Positions 54,202 through 64,000 of a DNA stretch of 64,000 nt are shown here, in pieces. The notes below the pieces were generated by a model, which was given only the letters and a program-made list of their open reading frames with translations, was not told the DNA's origin and made no database searches. A program made the position numbers and the translations under genes. This stretch comes from an uncultured virus (IMG/VR IMGVR_UViG_3300025853_000053). Taxonomy: Duplodnaviria > Heunggongvirae > Uroviricota > Caudoviricetes. The number at the start of each line of letters is the position of its first letter. The stretch's first letter is position 1. The stretch lies in the IMG/VR virus record IMGVR_UViG_3300025853_000053, positions 1 to 64,000 of that record; one strand, given 5' to 3'.

Positions 54202-55017
54202 TTATTTACCAAATTGCAAGAATTTTGGAGAGTAGTGTAAGCCTATACCAATAACAGGACCTGCTTGGTAACCGTTAGTCGTGAAAACCATACCATATCC
54301 TACATTAACACCAATACCGAAGGGCTTTCTGGCCCCTCTTAGAGCTTTTCGAGTTCCCGGATCATCTACCATATCTAAAGCATTTATATCATTAAAAGAT
54401 ATTCCTGGAAATGTAGTAGATGCTCTAACAAAAAGTCTACCGGTTTTCGGATCCCTATATAAACCTGTCACAAGATCTATCCTTTGCTCAATAGAAAGGT
54501 TAGCATAACCAGGTACAATTAAGATCCTTTCATCACCGTTGAAAATGGTGTCCTTTGTTGTGTAAGGTAATATTCCATTAACAGCCAATCTGTTATTACC
54601 AGGAAGGTCTGGGTCATACGAGAATTTAAGCAAATTTGTGCTATCACCAATTTCACTTTGAACTGGGACTAGAATAGTGGTATCCCTGTAAACAATACGT
54701 GTCTCTATAACTACACCAGGTTTTCTATTCCTAGCAAGCTCTAGTTGCTTAATTAATTCTTCTTGGTCCTTAGAGAGTTCGTTGTACTTAAGTTGAAAAG
54801 AAGCCTTTTCTGCTAATGCATTACCTAGTTTGGAGGAAATTTTTCGAACAGTATCTTGTTCAGCCAGAAGATTGTTCATGTTCCTTTCAGCCTCCCTTTT
54901 AGCATCCTGAGCTACGTTACACTGCCTTAGAAGCATAAAAGATAAAACGACTATAGCAACTACAGGGAAATATCTGTTGTTTAATAGGGCCAATATTTTA
55001 CCTATTGCTGGTGTCAT
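54202..55017 (-). CDS. membrane-anchored coiled-coil protein (possible spanin-like)
   Basis: N-terminal TM segment, then coiled coil, then C-terminal amphipathic beta strands FGIGVNVGYG...IGIGLHY. Confidence 0.5.
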   Translation of the reverse strand: MTPAIGKILALLNNRYFPVVAIVVLSFMLLRQCNVAQDAKREAERNMNNLLAEQDTVRKISSKLGNALAEKASFQLKYNELSKDQEELIKQLELARNRKPGVVIETRIVYRDTTILVPVQSEIGDSTNLLKFSYDPDLPGNNRLAVNGILPYTTKDTIFNGDERILIVPGYANLSIEQRIDLVTGLYRDPKTGRLFVRASTTFPGISFNDINALDMVDDPGTRKALRGARKPFGIGVNVGYGMVFTTNGYQAGPVIGIGLHYSPKFLQFGK

Positions 55018-55250
55018 TGCATATAAATTAGTTTAAATGGATCGAGTGTTCCCTCCCCATATTTTTCTTTCAGGTTGCCAATAAATTTGGATTCCTGGTC
55101 TCTTAATTCCTCTAATTCCCTAATTAGTGTACCTGCCTTTGTATTTAAAATATCCATCTCGGACTGTACAGATTCAATCTCTGCCCTAACCGAAGAAAAT
55201 CTATCCTTCAGAAGACTGGCTTTTTCTTTCTCTTTTCTTGTTAATTCCAT
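55014..55250 (-). CDS. small coiled-coil protein
   Basis: ...LKEKYGEGTLD; GATAAATA at 55259-55266. Confidence 0.65.
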   Translation of the reverse strand: MELTRKEKEKASLLKDRFSSVRAEIESVQSEMDILNTKAGTLIRELEELRDQESKFIGNLKEKYGEGTLDPFKLIYMQ

Positions 55251-55304
55251 CTTAGTTATATTTATCCGACATCTTTATTAGTTAAAAACATTAAGGACCC
55301 AACC

Positions 55305-56891
55305 CTATAACCCTAGGAAGCCGCCGCCGGGGCCGGGGCCAACATCAGTAGCCGCCGCAACTGTATATGTAATCTGGCCACATTTATAATTGTCATCAGA
55401 AAATGCTTCGTAATGAAATTTCTCAGTGACGCTCGAGGGGAAGAATGTAATTCTAATATGCTGGCATCCTGCTTCTCCAGCAGCGTTATCGTCTATATAA
55501 ACTCTGGTTGTAGAACCAAATCCAGAATCAGGAAGAACCCTTATTCCGCCAAAGGAATATGCAGAGCTATTTATAAAGAAGTCAAACGTTCTGCTCTGTC
55601 CGGCATTTACTAGGCCGCTAGCCCAAGAAAAGTTACTACCTAAGGACAGCATTATTCGATTAGTCTTTCCATTAGCAGTTGGAATGGATGCTATTAAAAG
55701 AGGAGGAATAATAACACACACATCATTTGTAGGGTTACCACAATTTACGTAAGAGTCCGTCCCATCGGACAAGAAGCTTTGAGAAGTAGTGGTAATTCCT
55801 TTGACCTTTTTAAGTCCTGTTGCTCCGACAGAGCCAAATACAAATTTATTTGTTCTTTCAGATTTAATTAAATCCTGGTCCGTAGTGTTTAATATCTGCA
55901 GAAGCTCATCGGAGGTTTCAGAGGATGCAGTAACATTTATTCCAGATCCAGATCCAGAGATACTTACCAACGGAATATATGGGGTAACTGGAGCTGCAAT
56001 ATATCCAGTCCCCCCAGGATTTGAAAGGGTAGCAGAAAATGACGAAGATGACAAATTAACCAGCGACGAGGAAAGGCTTAAAACACCAGGGGTTGAAAGA
56101 GAATAAGCACCACTTGTTCCAGTTGCCGCAGTAAAGTTAACAAAGCTTTGTGACGAACCCACCACGTTTTGGTTGGAAGTTGACAGAGTCATATTACCTC
56201 CAGTAGCAGAATAGTTGGAGGAAATTCCACTTTGCATCCTTATTTCGTTAGGAAATGTCCATCGATGATTGTAAGAACCTCCAGTTGCTGCCCATTTCAT
56301 CGAAACTATCTTTCCTGGCGATTGGGTTAAAAACGTTTTTGCAAAGCCCAAAACTGGAAAGTCAGCAGTTTGTGATGTATCAGTTGAAACCAAAACTTTA
56401 GCAAAGTTTGGATTCATTGAAGATGTTGCTCCAGTAGAATCTGACAGCACCAAAGTTTTATCTCCCTGGCTACCATTAATGTAAATGGCATTACTCGAGG
56501 TTGAATTACCAGGTCCAGATATTCCAGTAATTGTAGAAAATACACCGGAAGAAAGAAGTGTTTGTCCACTATTGACCCAAGCTCCTGAAGTATAAATGTA
56601 AACCTGTTGGCCTCCAGTAACCCCTATATTAATCCAGATATCTCCATTCTGAGATACAGAATCACTTGGCTCGGTAGAGGAGAAAAACCAATCAGCAGCT
56701 CTTTCGCCAGTTGCACCTGCTTCACCATCTCTCCCAGCTTGACCTCTAATACCAGTAGTACCAACATAGCCAACAGGACCCTTTTCACCGACACCATTGA
56801 AAAATACCTGATAAAAATTGTGATTTATCTTATTGATGATGGTATCCTTGTCATCTCCAGGTAATATGTATTTTGTATTAAAATCTGCCAT
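55305..56891 (-). CDS. collagen-repeat tail fibre-like protein
   Basis: KINHNF, then (Gxx)n GEKGPVG...GATGER, NGDIW; S/T/G-rich. Confidence 0.7.
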   Translation of the reverse strand: MADFNTKYILPGDDKDTIINKINHNFYQVFFNGVGEKGPVGYVGTTGIRGQAGRDGEAGATGERAADWFFSSTEPSDSVSQNGDIWINIGVTGGQQVYIYTSGAWVNSGQTLLSSGVFSTITGISGPGNSTSSNAIYINGSQGDKTLVLSDSTGATSSMNPNFAKVLVSTDTSQTADFPVLGFAKTFLTQSPGKIVSMKWAATGGSYNHRWTFPNEIRMQSGISSNYSATGGNMTLSTSNQNVVGSSQSFVNFTAATGTSGAYSLSTPGVLSLSSSLVNLSSSSFSATLSNPGGTGYIAAPVTPYIPLVSISGSGSGINVTASSETSDELLQILNTTDQDLIKSERTNKFVFGSVGATGLKKVKGITTTSQSFLSDGTDSYVNCGNPTNDVCVIIPPLLIASIPTANGKTNRIMLSLGSNFSWASGLVNAGQSRTFDFFINSSAYSFGGIRVLPDSGFGSTTRVYIDDNAAGEAGCQHIRITFFPSSVTEKFHYEAFSDDNYKCGQITYTVAAATDVGPGPGGGFLGL

Positions 56892-56899
56892 CTCCTATA

Positions 56900-58432
56900 T
56901 TAGAATAAAACTCCACATTCTCCAGCACATGTAGACCAATAACATTTATAAGTTGAACCGACATTCATATGAGTAACCTCTACCCGGCTAGCAGAGGTTG
57001 AGAACTCAGTAAACGAACTTGGAGGACTACCGGCAAAATATGTTATACCATTGAAAAGCTTTCCACTGGCAGCATAATAAACCAAGGTAATAGACTCGTT
57101 ATTTGAAAGCCACTCTCCCCAATTGGTTGGGTTGTTATTAACATTATCTACGTATATTACACGCTTGTTAGATGTCGTCCAATTAGCATACATATTATTC
57201 CCAGGACCAAAATCATATATTGTAACAAATGAGCTGTGAGTACCAGAAACCGGTCCATAACACCAAAGATCACAATCAACTCCCAAGGGGGATAAAGTGG
57301 ACGTTAAACTACGACCAGTTCCAGTCGGACCATCATCTGATGGTGTGCTGCTAGCAGTATTATTAGTAGCATTAACTTGTCTTTGGAATGTTACTTTACC
57401 ATCATTTCTAACACTAAATCTTTCAGTATTAGCACTTAATAGCCTTAGAAGATAGTACGAAGAAGAAGAGGAAGTAGACTGAATTTTTAGAGTGTCCCCA
57501 GAACCACTACTAAGAAGACTAAGGAGTGGGGATTGGGATGTCACGCCGCTTATGGTCATAGGAACATTAAGAGCCAACAATGACGATGTTAAATTAAATT
57601 TCTGAGAAGAAAAAGTCATTAAGGATGTTCCAGAAGAGAATGACATTGCACCAGTTGAGGTGAAAGTCATTTGAGAACCCGATGTGATATTTAATCCACC
57701 ATTACCAGAGATGTTAAGGGTAGAAGAAGTCGACTGCAAAAGCATACTTCCTCCAGAGGTTACTGTAAAATCATCTTGTGGTACAGAGAAAAGAAGGTCA
57801 TAATTACTACCAGAAGGGTCTAACCACCTAAATTGCGGGTGCCTATTATAATCAGCTGGAGTACCAATTCCACCAACGTTAGTTTTGGAGAATTCCAAAA
57901 TTGGATAATCGTTGCTTCCGTTGGATGAAATCAGAAACTTAGCATAAGTTGGGTTTATAGTTGAAGTTGCAGCTGCAGAATCGCTAATTACCAGTGTATT
58001 AAGTTCTGGGAAAGGACTGCTTATAACTATTGCATCCTTTCCACCAGTTGGACCAGAAATACCGGATACAACCTCAAATACCTCAGAAGCTTTTAGGTTT
58101 TGTCCAGTATCGATCCATCCGGAATCGGTATATTCATAAATAGAGTTATTAGAAAGTGTTTGAACCCAATAATCTCCAACTCTAATGGGATCACTTGGAC
58201 CCCCAATAGGTTCTGCTCCTTGAACAAACCATTTAGTTCCTCTTATCCCTTCTTGCCCAGGGTCTCCCTTGGGTCCAGCCGGACCAATAGGACCTTGCTT
58301 TCCCTGGTCACCTTGCTGTCCCTGAGGTCCACCACCAGCCGCCACTACCGAGTCAAAGTTTGAGTTTACCTTTTCCCTAATAGACTCCTGTGTATCACCA
58401 GCATTTAAAGCTTTTATGTTCAGATTCGGCAT
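56900..58432 (-). CDS. collagen-repeat tail fibre-like protein (paralog of 55305..56891)
   Basis: KVNSNF, then (Gxx)n GPQGQQG...GIRG, VGDYW; AATATATA at 58453-58460. Confidence 0.7.
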   Translation of the reverse strand: MPNLNIKALNAGDTQESIREKVNSNFDSVVAAGGGPQGQQGDQGKQGPIGPAGPKGDPGQEGIRGTKWFVQGAEPIGGPSDPIRVGDYWVQTLSNNSIYEYTDSGWIDTGQNLKASEVFEVVSGISGPTGGKDAIVISSPFPELNTLVISDSAAATSTINPTYAKFLISSNGSNDYPILEFSKTNVGGIGTPADYNRHPQFRWLDPSGSNYDLLFSVPQDDFTVTSGGSMLLQSTSSTLNISGNGGLNITSGSQMTFTSTGAMSFSSGTSLMTFSSQKFNLTSSLLALNVPMTISGVTSQSPLLSLLSSGSGDTLKIQSTSSSSSYYLLRLLSANTERFSVRNDGKVTFQRQVNATNNTASSTPSDDGPTGTGRSLTSTLSPLGVDCDLWCYGPVSGTHSSFVTIYDFGPGNNMYANWTTSNKRVIYVDNVNNNPTNWGEWLSNNESITLVYYAASGKLFNGITYFAGSPPSSFTEFSTSASRVEVTHMNVGSTYKCYWSTCAGECGVLF

Positions 58433-58477
58433 TTTTTTCTTTTATCTTTGTTTATATATTACAATATCTCTAATCCC

Positions 58478-61400
58478 CTATATTTTTTCAATCTGGAAAG
58501 TGAAGGTTGTTGAATAGTTTTTACCACTTTCTAATGGAAGCTCAAAAGAATAAGAAAGGGCATTTCTTTTTGTAAGCTTATAGTTAGGCTCCGAGTAATA
58601 TGAATATCTAATTCTATCAGGGCTAGTTAAGTCACCTCTTAACAATAATTCAGTAGAGGTTAGGTCTGTTCCTGTCTTTTTGACAAATAGGTCAAAAGTT
58701 ATACCTTGATAAATAGGAACTATATTTTTATCTATATAAGTTTTGATGTCATCGTTGATACTCTCTGGGTCTCCAACACCAAATTCACTTATAATATTGT
58801 CTACAAACACCTTACTAATCCCAGCATTTAGCAAATATCTTCTAAGGATTCTGTCTAATCTAATAGATCCATAAAGGGTATTAGTTCTAGTATCTTTTTG
58901 CCAGAAAACTTCCACATCTGGATAAATCCCCTCGTCAAAAACTTGAAGGTCGACGTTTGAAAATACTGTCCCTAGCTGACCAATTCCAGTATTAGATGTT
59001 TGTGGGGTTATATTTTGGATTTCACTTAAAGCCTGCTTTGCCTCAAGGTTAATCTTTTGCACATCAGTTTCACCAGTGGTTCTATTAACCTCCAATGTTA
59101 TAAAGGTATAAGTAGTAATGGTATAAGGGGTTTGCATCATTTTAGAACCAAGGAATGATTTATTCTCCCTCATAGATCTGGTTCCAGCAACCGGGGAATT
59201 TTGTGTAGCAGAAGTGTAAAGATTAAAATACCCAGGATCCCATGTTGACAAAAATATAGAAAAGTTCTTCTTTGCAACTGGTGTTTCACCAACAAGAGGA
59301 TATACTGGACCAAGCGGAAGATTTGCTGATTTTTCAAGTATATTCTTGCCAAGAGAAACCTTACTATAATTTAGATTCTTTACAGTACCGAAATCTATTT
59401 TTTCGGGGGCAAATGTACAGTTTCGGTAACTCAAGTCAGCAGAAGAATAACCAGAAATAGTATCAGTTTTATCATTCTTATACCTAATAACCTTATTAAA
59501 AAGTGGTTCGTATTTACCAGCATATCTTAAAATGTCAGCAGCATAATTAGGACCAGCATTTATTTGGTACCCGGTAGGCTGGTTCTGTCCCAAAGTTTGT
59601 GGGCCAGAGTAATCAGCAACAGGGTAGGTTCCAGTTGATCTATGAAGAGCTGTTGGCTGCTGCATATAGATCTGGAAATAATCGCTTCGTACCTCAGTTG
59701 TCTGCGTATCCGCATTCCATGAATATGTACGGTATTTAATATAAGGGCTTTCGTTATTTACACGATCTGAGATCTGGGAAAGCGAAATTCTTCTAATTAG
59801 AAAATCAAAGTATTTTTCGCCACCCTCTTCCTGGAAAACCGGATAATCAGCATAAGCACTTCTAGGTCCTACTGGAATAGTAACCGGGGATCCGAATGCG
59901 AAAGGAATATCAAAAGTGTAATTAGTTCCAACCGGACCGAATGATGCTAAATTCTTAGATCTACCAACCGGCCAAGGATATGTTGAGTTAATCGAAGGAA
60001 CCCTAAAACTTCCCTTTCCTGTTGGAGATAAAGATCCGGTACCACCTACAGGATAGATTGTATTGATCTCCTCTCTCAGGTCAGTGTCATAATCTGGATT
60101 TGGTATTGTGTAAATAAAACCAGGATTTGTAAACTGAGTAACAGAACTTTCAGATGTGATAGAAAGATCCAAGGCGGAACTTAGCTTTATATCATCTATC
60201 TCATATAAAGGAATTCCAGTTGCTCCTGTAGTACCTGTTACACCAACACCAGAATCCTTCTTTTTGTCGCTCAAGCTATAAAGCAATAGATAATCAACTG
60301 AAGGATTTCCTCCGGTTCCTCCAGTATAGCCAAGGGGTAAAGCACGATAGTCTTTTACTACTATCTGACAAACAAATAAGACAGACTTTTGTTGGGTATT
60401 CTCAACAATCTCATAACTTACAGGAGACTGGATAGTGTTACCCGTTTCTGGAACCACCCTTAACACGGAAGCAAATTTATAGTCTTCAAACCCCCTAAAA
60501 TTGGGTACATATTTTTCAAGATCCGTTTTCGGATTAGTAACTGTGCTTCTTCTTCTCAAAGAAATCTTTGCCCCCCTAAATACAGTATCATAAAATCCAG
60601 TAGATCTATTGTACGTAAACGGGGTAAATAATTCTTTAGTAGTATTACTAGCTATATTATAAGGACTTGAATAATCAGCAGGTTCTACAGTGAAGAATGA
60701 AGAAAAATATAAACTGTCATCCGGGTCTGCACTTCTTACCTTTGATAAATCAATCTTTGCTGGAAGATAGCTATTTTGACTTTCTATCTTATCACTAGGA
60801 TATCCGTCTGGAACACCTTCCAATAGCATCCACTCATGAGTTAAATACATTGGATCTGGAGTTTCCTTCTCGAAGCTAGGAGAAAAATTGGTTGGGCTGA
60901 AAGCTGCAGAAGCATTCAATCTGTAGCCGTGGCCTCTTGAATCGGTTCCGCCAAAGTATCCCCACTTATTAATAAAAGGAACTATCTTAGATCGGTTAGC
61001 CCTGGAAGTGGTATAGTTTTCTTCCAGGTAATCATATTCAGTTTCAAGCTTACCGTAATTGAAAATAAACCCCTTAGTGTTTGATTGTGTTACAGCCTGT
61101 GTTTCACTAATAGATTGAATTCCGAAGAAACCATCGAAAGAATCTAAATTCTTTTCAAAATTTATTAGCTTTGAATTATAAGAAGCTGAAGGATCTTTCC
61201 ATTGTATTTGTGTAAAAATAGCTGGAACAACTATCGATTCAACACCAGTGTTTGTAAACCCGCTATCTATAAAGAAATCTACAGTGGACCCTACGAAAGC
61301 CCTTCCCGCAGGCAGGGTTCTTTCATTCACAGTACCAACATCCACTACAACTTCACCAGACTTAACCAGGTATTTTACACCATCCTTAATTTGTCCTTTG

Positions 61401-64000
61401 ATTTCAGGTATAAGCTGAAAATATCTATGGAACTCTGGAGTAGGTGTTTCACCATAAGAGGAAGACCAAAAATCAAAGTCAAAGTCTTTAATATCAAAGA
61501 AGGAGAATACCCCAGTTTTGATCTTTGGCATTTCAAATAAGTTGAAAGATTGGCTTGTTCCCAAATCAATTACCGCCTTCCGATCCCTCAGATTTGCAAT
61601 TAATAACTCATTATATCCCTTAAAACCATCAACCCTTCCATTAGAATCTAATACAGGATCTTCAACATATTTGGTTACGCTTTCAATCATAGAAGCTCCA
61701 CCTGTTATACCGCTTCCCGATGTTACCTGAATATAATTTCCAGCCACCACTTTATTAATTTCCTTAATATCAAAAGCCACCCTACAAAGGGGGTAATCAG
61801 TTCCCCCACTAAATGAGATAGGCCCATTCAAAGAAGAGGCATCAGTTCCAGCTATCTTAACAAATCCACTCTGGGAAAAGGTTGAGTATAATTGCCAGTT
61901 AGATGAATCTAACGAAGGATCTGTATTTTGAGATCCGGGTATTGCAGAAGGAATATTATTCTTCGCTTGGTAGTATATGTTAGAACTTAGAACAACATCA
62001 CCGGTTGAATATGAACTTGTGTTATTCCAAACTCCAATATACAAGGACTTAAAAGTTGTATAGTCATCATAAGCTACAACCCTATATTCTTTATTGACCT
62101 TAGACCCGAAAGCTTTTGTTCTAATAACTGAAGTTGAAGAACTAGGAGCAGAATCCCATACAACGTCACTTATAGACGATACACACTCACAAAAAGCAGC
62201 AGCGATTTCTTCTGTCGTTCCATCAGTGGCGTTAAAGAAATGTTCTGTCCCTATATTATAAGAAGATCCAGATTTCCACCCCACAAGGGTTCCACCAAAT
62301 TCTCCAGTCTTAATCAGATCATATCTTCCAGCAGGCTCAGATTTAGATCCATTTGGCCAGAAAATCTTAAAAACGGCTTCATTTCCGGAAGATTCATTTC
62401 CAGTAAATTCTATACCAATATTGGGTCTCCCCTTAGTTCCAGGTAAAATCCCTTTTATAGAACCTATCTTATCCCCGTACCCAGTGAAGTTTTGTAGATT
62501 TACTGATGTGTTACTAACCACCAATGATCCGGTTGTTAGATTGGGGTTTCCAGTTACACCAAAAGTGCTTCCGTCGTAAGGACCATATTTAGCATATTGT
62601 GGAGTATTGTCAATCCAAGTTTTATTAGACGTGTTATAGTTTTCAAACCTTTTTAAGGAATAGAACCTATCAGATTTGTCGGTAATATAATATAGTTTCT
62701 GCGGGTCGTTTACATTTGTATCATAAGATCCTGGTATCCATCCAGAAGATCCCTCATAATAAAGTCTGACCCCACCTGTGCTACTCTGAAAATTCGGTCT
62801 ATTGTCTTCATAATGACCGATATTGTTTCTTGAAGGCTTAGGTAAATTTAGATTGCCGTTGGAGTTCTTAAAATCGTAAAAGTAATCTCCATTTAAGAAA
62901 AACTCACCAAGGTCATTTTTCGAAACATAAAATCCAAAATACCTATTTATAGTGTATAAATCAGAGTCCGAATCGTTAAACAAGAATTCCATATTCAACA
63001 CATTAGGACATATCACACCATTTCTTTGGAATCCGTCAGTTACATAGTTTTCGAAATCTGATTGTATAGAAGATTGTGGGTTTATCAGATAATCATAAAG
63101 TAGCTCTCCCCTTTCTGTAAAAACACCGTCTTTTATACTAACACCATTATAATAGGTGTAGGTGTTCTGCTGAAAAGAAAAATCTATTGGAGATTGCTTG
63201 TAACCCTTATTATTTACAATGCTTCTTATATAGTCACCAATCTTAGTTCCAGCCCTCAAATCAAAAGTAGCAACAACACTAGCGTTTGGTAATATTTTTG
63301 AGTTGAAGAAAGATTCAACATCATCGACATTTGATTGAAATTTTAGCTCATTCATCTCAACAACTTTACCAGATCCTGAAACCACTGAATATGAGCTGTA
63401 CAAGTCTACACCCTCGAAAATTTCATTTGCCTTATATACAATTTCCTGCCCAGCATTATCCTTTCCGTATGTAATGGAAAAGGTCTCAGAAGAATCTGGG
63501 TCCTGAATTAGCTTATAGCTTACCGAGGTTTGAATGTTAGTTACATTGGTAGTATATGGATAGCTTACTGGATTTGGTAACTTAAAAACAACGAAAAACT
63601 CAGGTAATTCATTGCGTAGCCAAAGGGGTTGGAAATATCTAAAATTCTCAGTGTAGTTTTTGTCAATTAATGTGGAAGCACCACTACCATAAAAGAAGTC
63701 GTACTGGAATTCAAAATCCTCTTGAGCTTTTGAACTCCCGTCTGTGAATTCTCCTACCTGGAAAATAAGATCATTTGCAACAGATCCCTTATCGAAAAAA
63801 TTGTATAAATCAGTAGCGTAAGAATCCTTTCCTGTTACCTGGAACTTTTTAAATTTCTCTGTGCTAAGTGTTGGATTTGCATTAAAGGAGTTTAACCAAA
63901 CACCGCCAGAGGAATCTAATGACACCTTCACATTGCCGGTAAGTTTGGGGTTTGTCCTTAATAGTCCAAATGATGAATTATAATCAAATAATTTTGGTGA
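58478..64000 (-). CDS. very large virion structural protein (5' end beyond the window)
   Basis: Frame stays open from the GTG at 63931 to the window edge (SPKLFDYNSSFGLLRTNPKLTGN); over 1800 aa; contains a CBM5/12-like WNNTSSYSTGDVV segment. Confidence 0.75.
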   Translation of the reverse strand, partial: SPKLFDYNSSFGLLRTNPKLTGNVKVSLDSSGGVWLNSFNANPTLSTEKFKKFQVTGKDSYATDLYNFFDKGSVANDLIFQVGEFTDGSSKAQEDFEFQYDFFYGSGASTLIDKNYTENFRYFQPLWLRNELPEFFVVFKLPNPVSYPYTTNVTNIQTSVSYKLIQDPDSSETFSITYGKDNAGQEIVYKANEIFEGVDLYSSYSVVSGSGKVVEMNELKFQSNVDDVESFFNSKILPNASVVATFDLRAGTKIGDYIRSIVNNKGYKQSPIDFSFQQNTYTYYNGVSIKDGVFTERGELLYDYLINPQSSIQSDFENYVTDGFQRNGVICPNVLNMEFLFNDSDSDLYTINRYFGFYVSKNDLGEFFLNGDYFYDFKNSNGNLNLPKPSRNNIGHYEDNRPNFQSSTGGVRLYYEGSSGWIPGSYDTNVNDPQKLYYITDKSDRFYSLKRFENYNTSNKTWIDNTPQYAKYGPYDGSTFGVTGNPNLTTGSLVVSNTSVNLQNFTGYGDKIGSIKGILPGTKGRPNIGIEFTGNESSGNEAVFKIFWPNGSKSEPAGRYDLIKTGEFGGTLVGWKSGSSYNIGTEHFFNATDGTTEEIAAAFCECVSSISDVVWDSAPSSSTSVIRTKAFGSKVNKEYRVVAYDDYTTFKSLYIGVWNNTSSYSTGDVVLSSNIYYQAKNNIPSAIPGSQNTDPSLDSSNWQLYSTFSQSGFVKIAGTDASSLNGPISFSGGTDYPLCRVAFDIKEINKVVAGNYIQVTSGSGITGGASMIESVTKYVEDPVLDSNGRVDGFKGYNELLIANLRDRKAVIDLGTSQSFNLFEMPKIKTGVFSFFDIKDFDFDFWSSSYGETPTPEFHRYFQLIPEIKGQIKDGVKYLVKSGEVVVDVGTVNERTLPAGRAFVGSTVDFFIDSGFTNTGVESIVVPAIFTQIQWKDPSASYNSKLINFEKNLDSFDGFFGIQSISETQAVTQSNTKGFIFNYGKLETEYDYLEENYTTSRANRSKIVPFINKWGYFGGTDSRGHGYRLNASAAFSPTNFSPSFEKETPDPMYLTHEWMLLEGVPDGYPSDKIESQNSYLPAKIDLSKVRSADPDDSLYFSSFFTVEPADYSSPYNIASNTTKELFTPFTYNRSTGFYDTVFRGAKISLRRRSTVTNPKTDLEKYVPNFRGFEDYKFASVLRVVPETGNTIQSPVSYEIVENTQQKSVLFVCQIVVKDYRALPLGYTGGTGGNPSVDYLLLYSLSDKKKDSGVGVTGTTGATGIPLYEIDDIKLSSALDLSITSESSVTQFTNPGFIYTIPNPDYDTDLREEINTIYPVGGTGSLSPTGKGSFRVPSINSTYPWPVGRSKNLASFGPVGTNYTFDIPFAFGSPVTIPVGPRSAYADYPVFQEEGGEKYFDFLIRRISLSQISDRVNNESPYIKYRTYSWNADTQTTEVRSDYFQIYMQQPTALHRSTGTYPVADYSGPQTLGQNQPTGYQINAGPNYAADILRYAGKYEPLFNKVIRYKNDKTDTISGYSSADLSYRNCTFAPEKIDFGTVKNLNYSKVSLGKNILEKSANLPLGPVYPLVGETPVAKKNFSIFLSTWDPGYFNLYTSATQNSPVAGTRSMRENKSFLGSKMMQTPYTITTYTFITLEVNRTTGETDVQKINLEAKQALSEIQNITPQTSNTGIGQLGTVFSNVDLQVFDEGIYPDVEVFWQKDTRTNTLYGSIRLDRILRRYLLNAGISKVFVDNIISEFGVGDPESINDDIKTYIDKNIVPIYQGITFDLFVKKTGTDLTSTELLLRGDLTSPDRIRYSYYSEPNYKLTKRNALSYSFELPLESGKNYSTTFTFQIEKI

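Noticed and set aside
384..62446. Most plus-strand and nested ORFs in the track (e.g. 384..827, 1766..2146, 21917..22324, 38979..39359)
   Set aside because: They are antisense or off-frame shadows of well-supported minus-strand genes. Only 6765..7112, 32560..32886 and 32898..33590 on + are accepted.
1..64000. Alternative genetic code (stop-codon reassignment)
   Set aside because: Known proteins are full length under the standard code, and TAA, TAG and TGA all occur as stops at expected ends.
1..64000. CRISPR array, tRNA, rRNA or IS element
   Set aside because: Intergenic gaps are short, and I saw no repeat-spacer pattern, cloverleaf or transposase. A tRNAscan/Infernal run would be the decisive check.

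Overview
AT-rich, gene-dense segment, almost all on the minus strand, from a large T4-like (jumbo/huge) tailed phage. The host is probably Bacteroidota, judging by the Hc1 histone-like, DUF2452- and DUF4494-like genes, the ClpP type and A-rich leaders with no obvious Shine-Dalgarno. The standard code fits. Contents: (i) a T4-style replication/recombination set (Dda, gp32, gp61, UvsW, UvsY, a probable clamp, two-subunit topoisomerase II, RuvC-like nuclease) with a family-B polymerase split at the fingers into two genes about 18 kb apart; (ii) nucleotide metabolism (nrdAB, dUTPase/dCTPase, adk, thioredoxin); (iii) repair and chaperones (UvsE, MBD4-like, ClpP, DnaJ, Hsp20); (iv) glycan genes, including a five-gene cassette around a RuBisCO-like (form IV) protein; (v) the start of a tail/baseplate block. 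Two cross-cutting signals stand out. First, about 15 unrelated ORFs carry a short peptide resembling the T4 capsid-targeting sequence, and most sit directly behind a conserved GATATATA late-promoter-like box. This suggests a head-packaged enzyme kit: adenylate kinase, a Pol-beta-type nucleotidyltransferase, a ligase-like/HIGH-nucleotidyltransferase fusion, a RimK-protease fusion and an L,D-transpeptidase-like protein. Second, a separate bipartite promoter, GRAAH-N18-TA(T/G)AA, precedes several replication genes. All family assignments are by-eye motif recognition; no database search was run.
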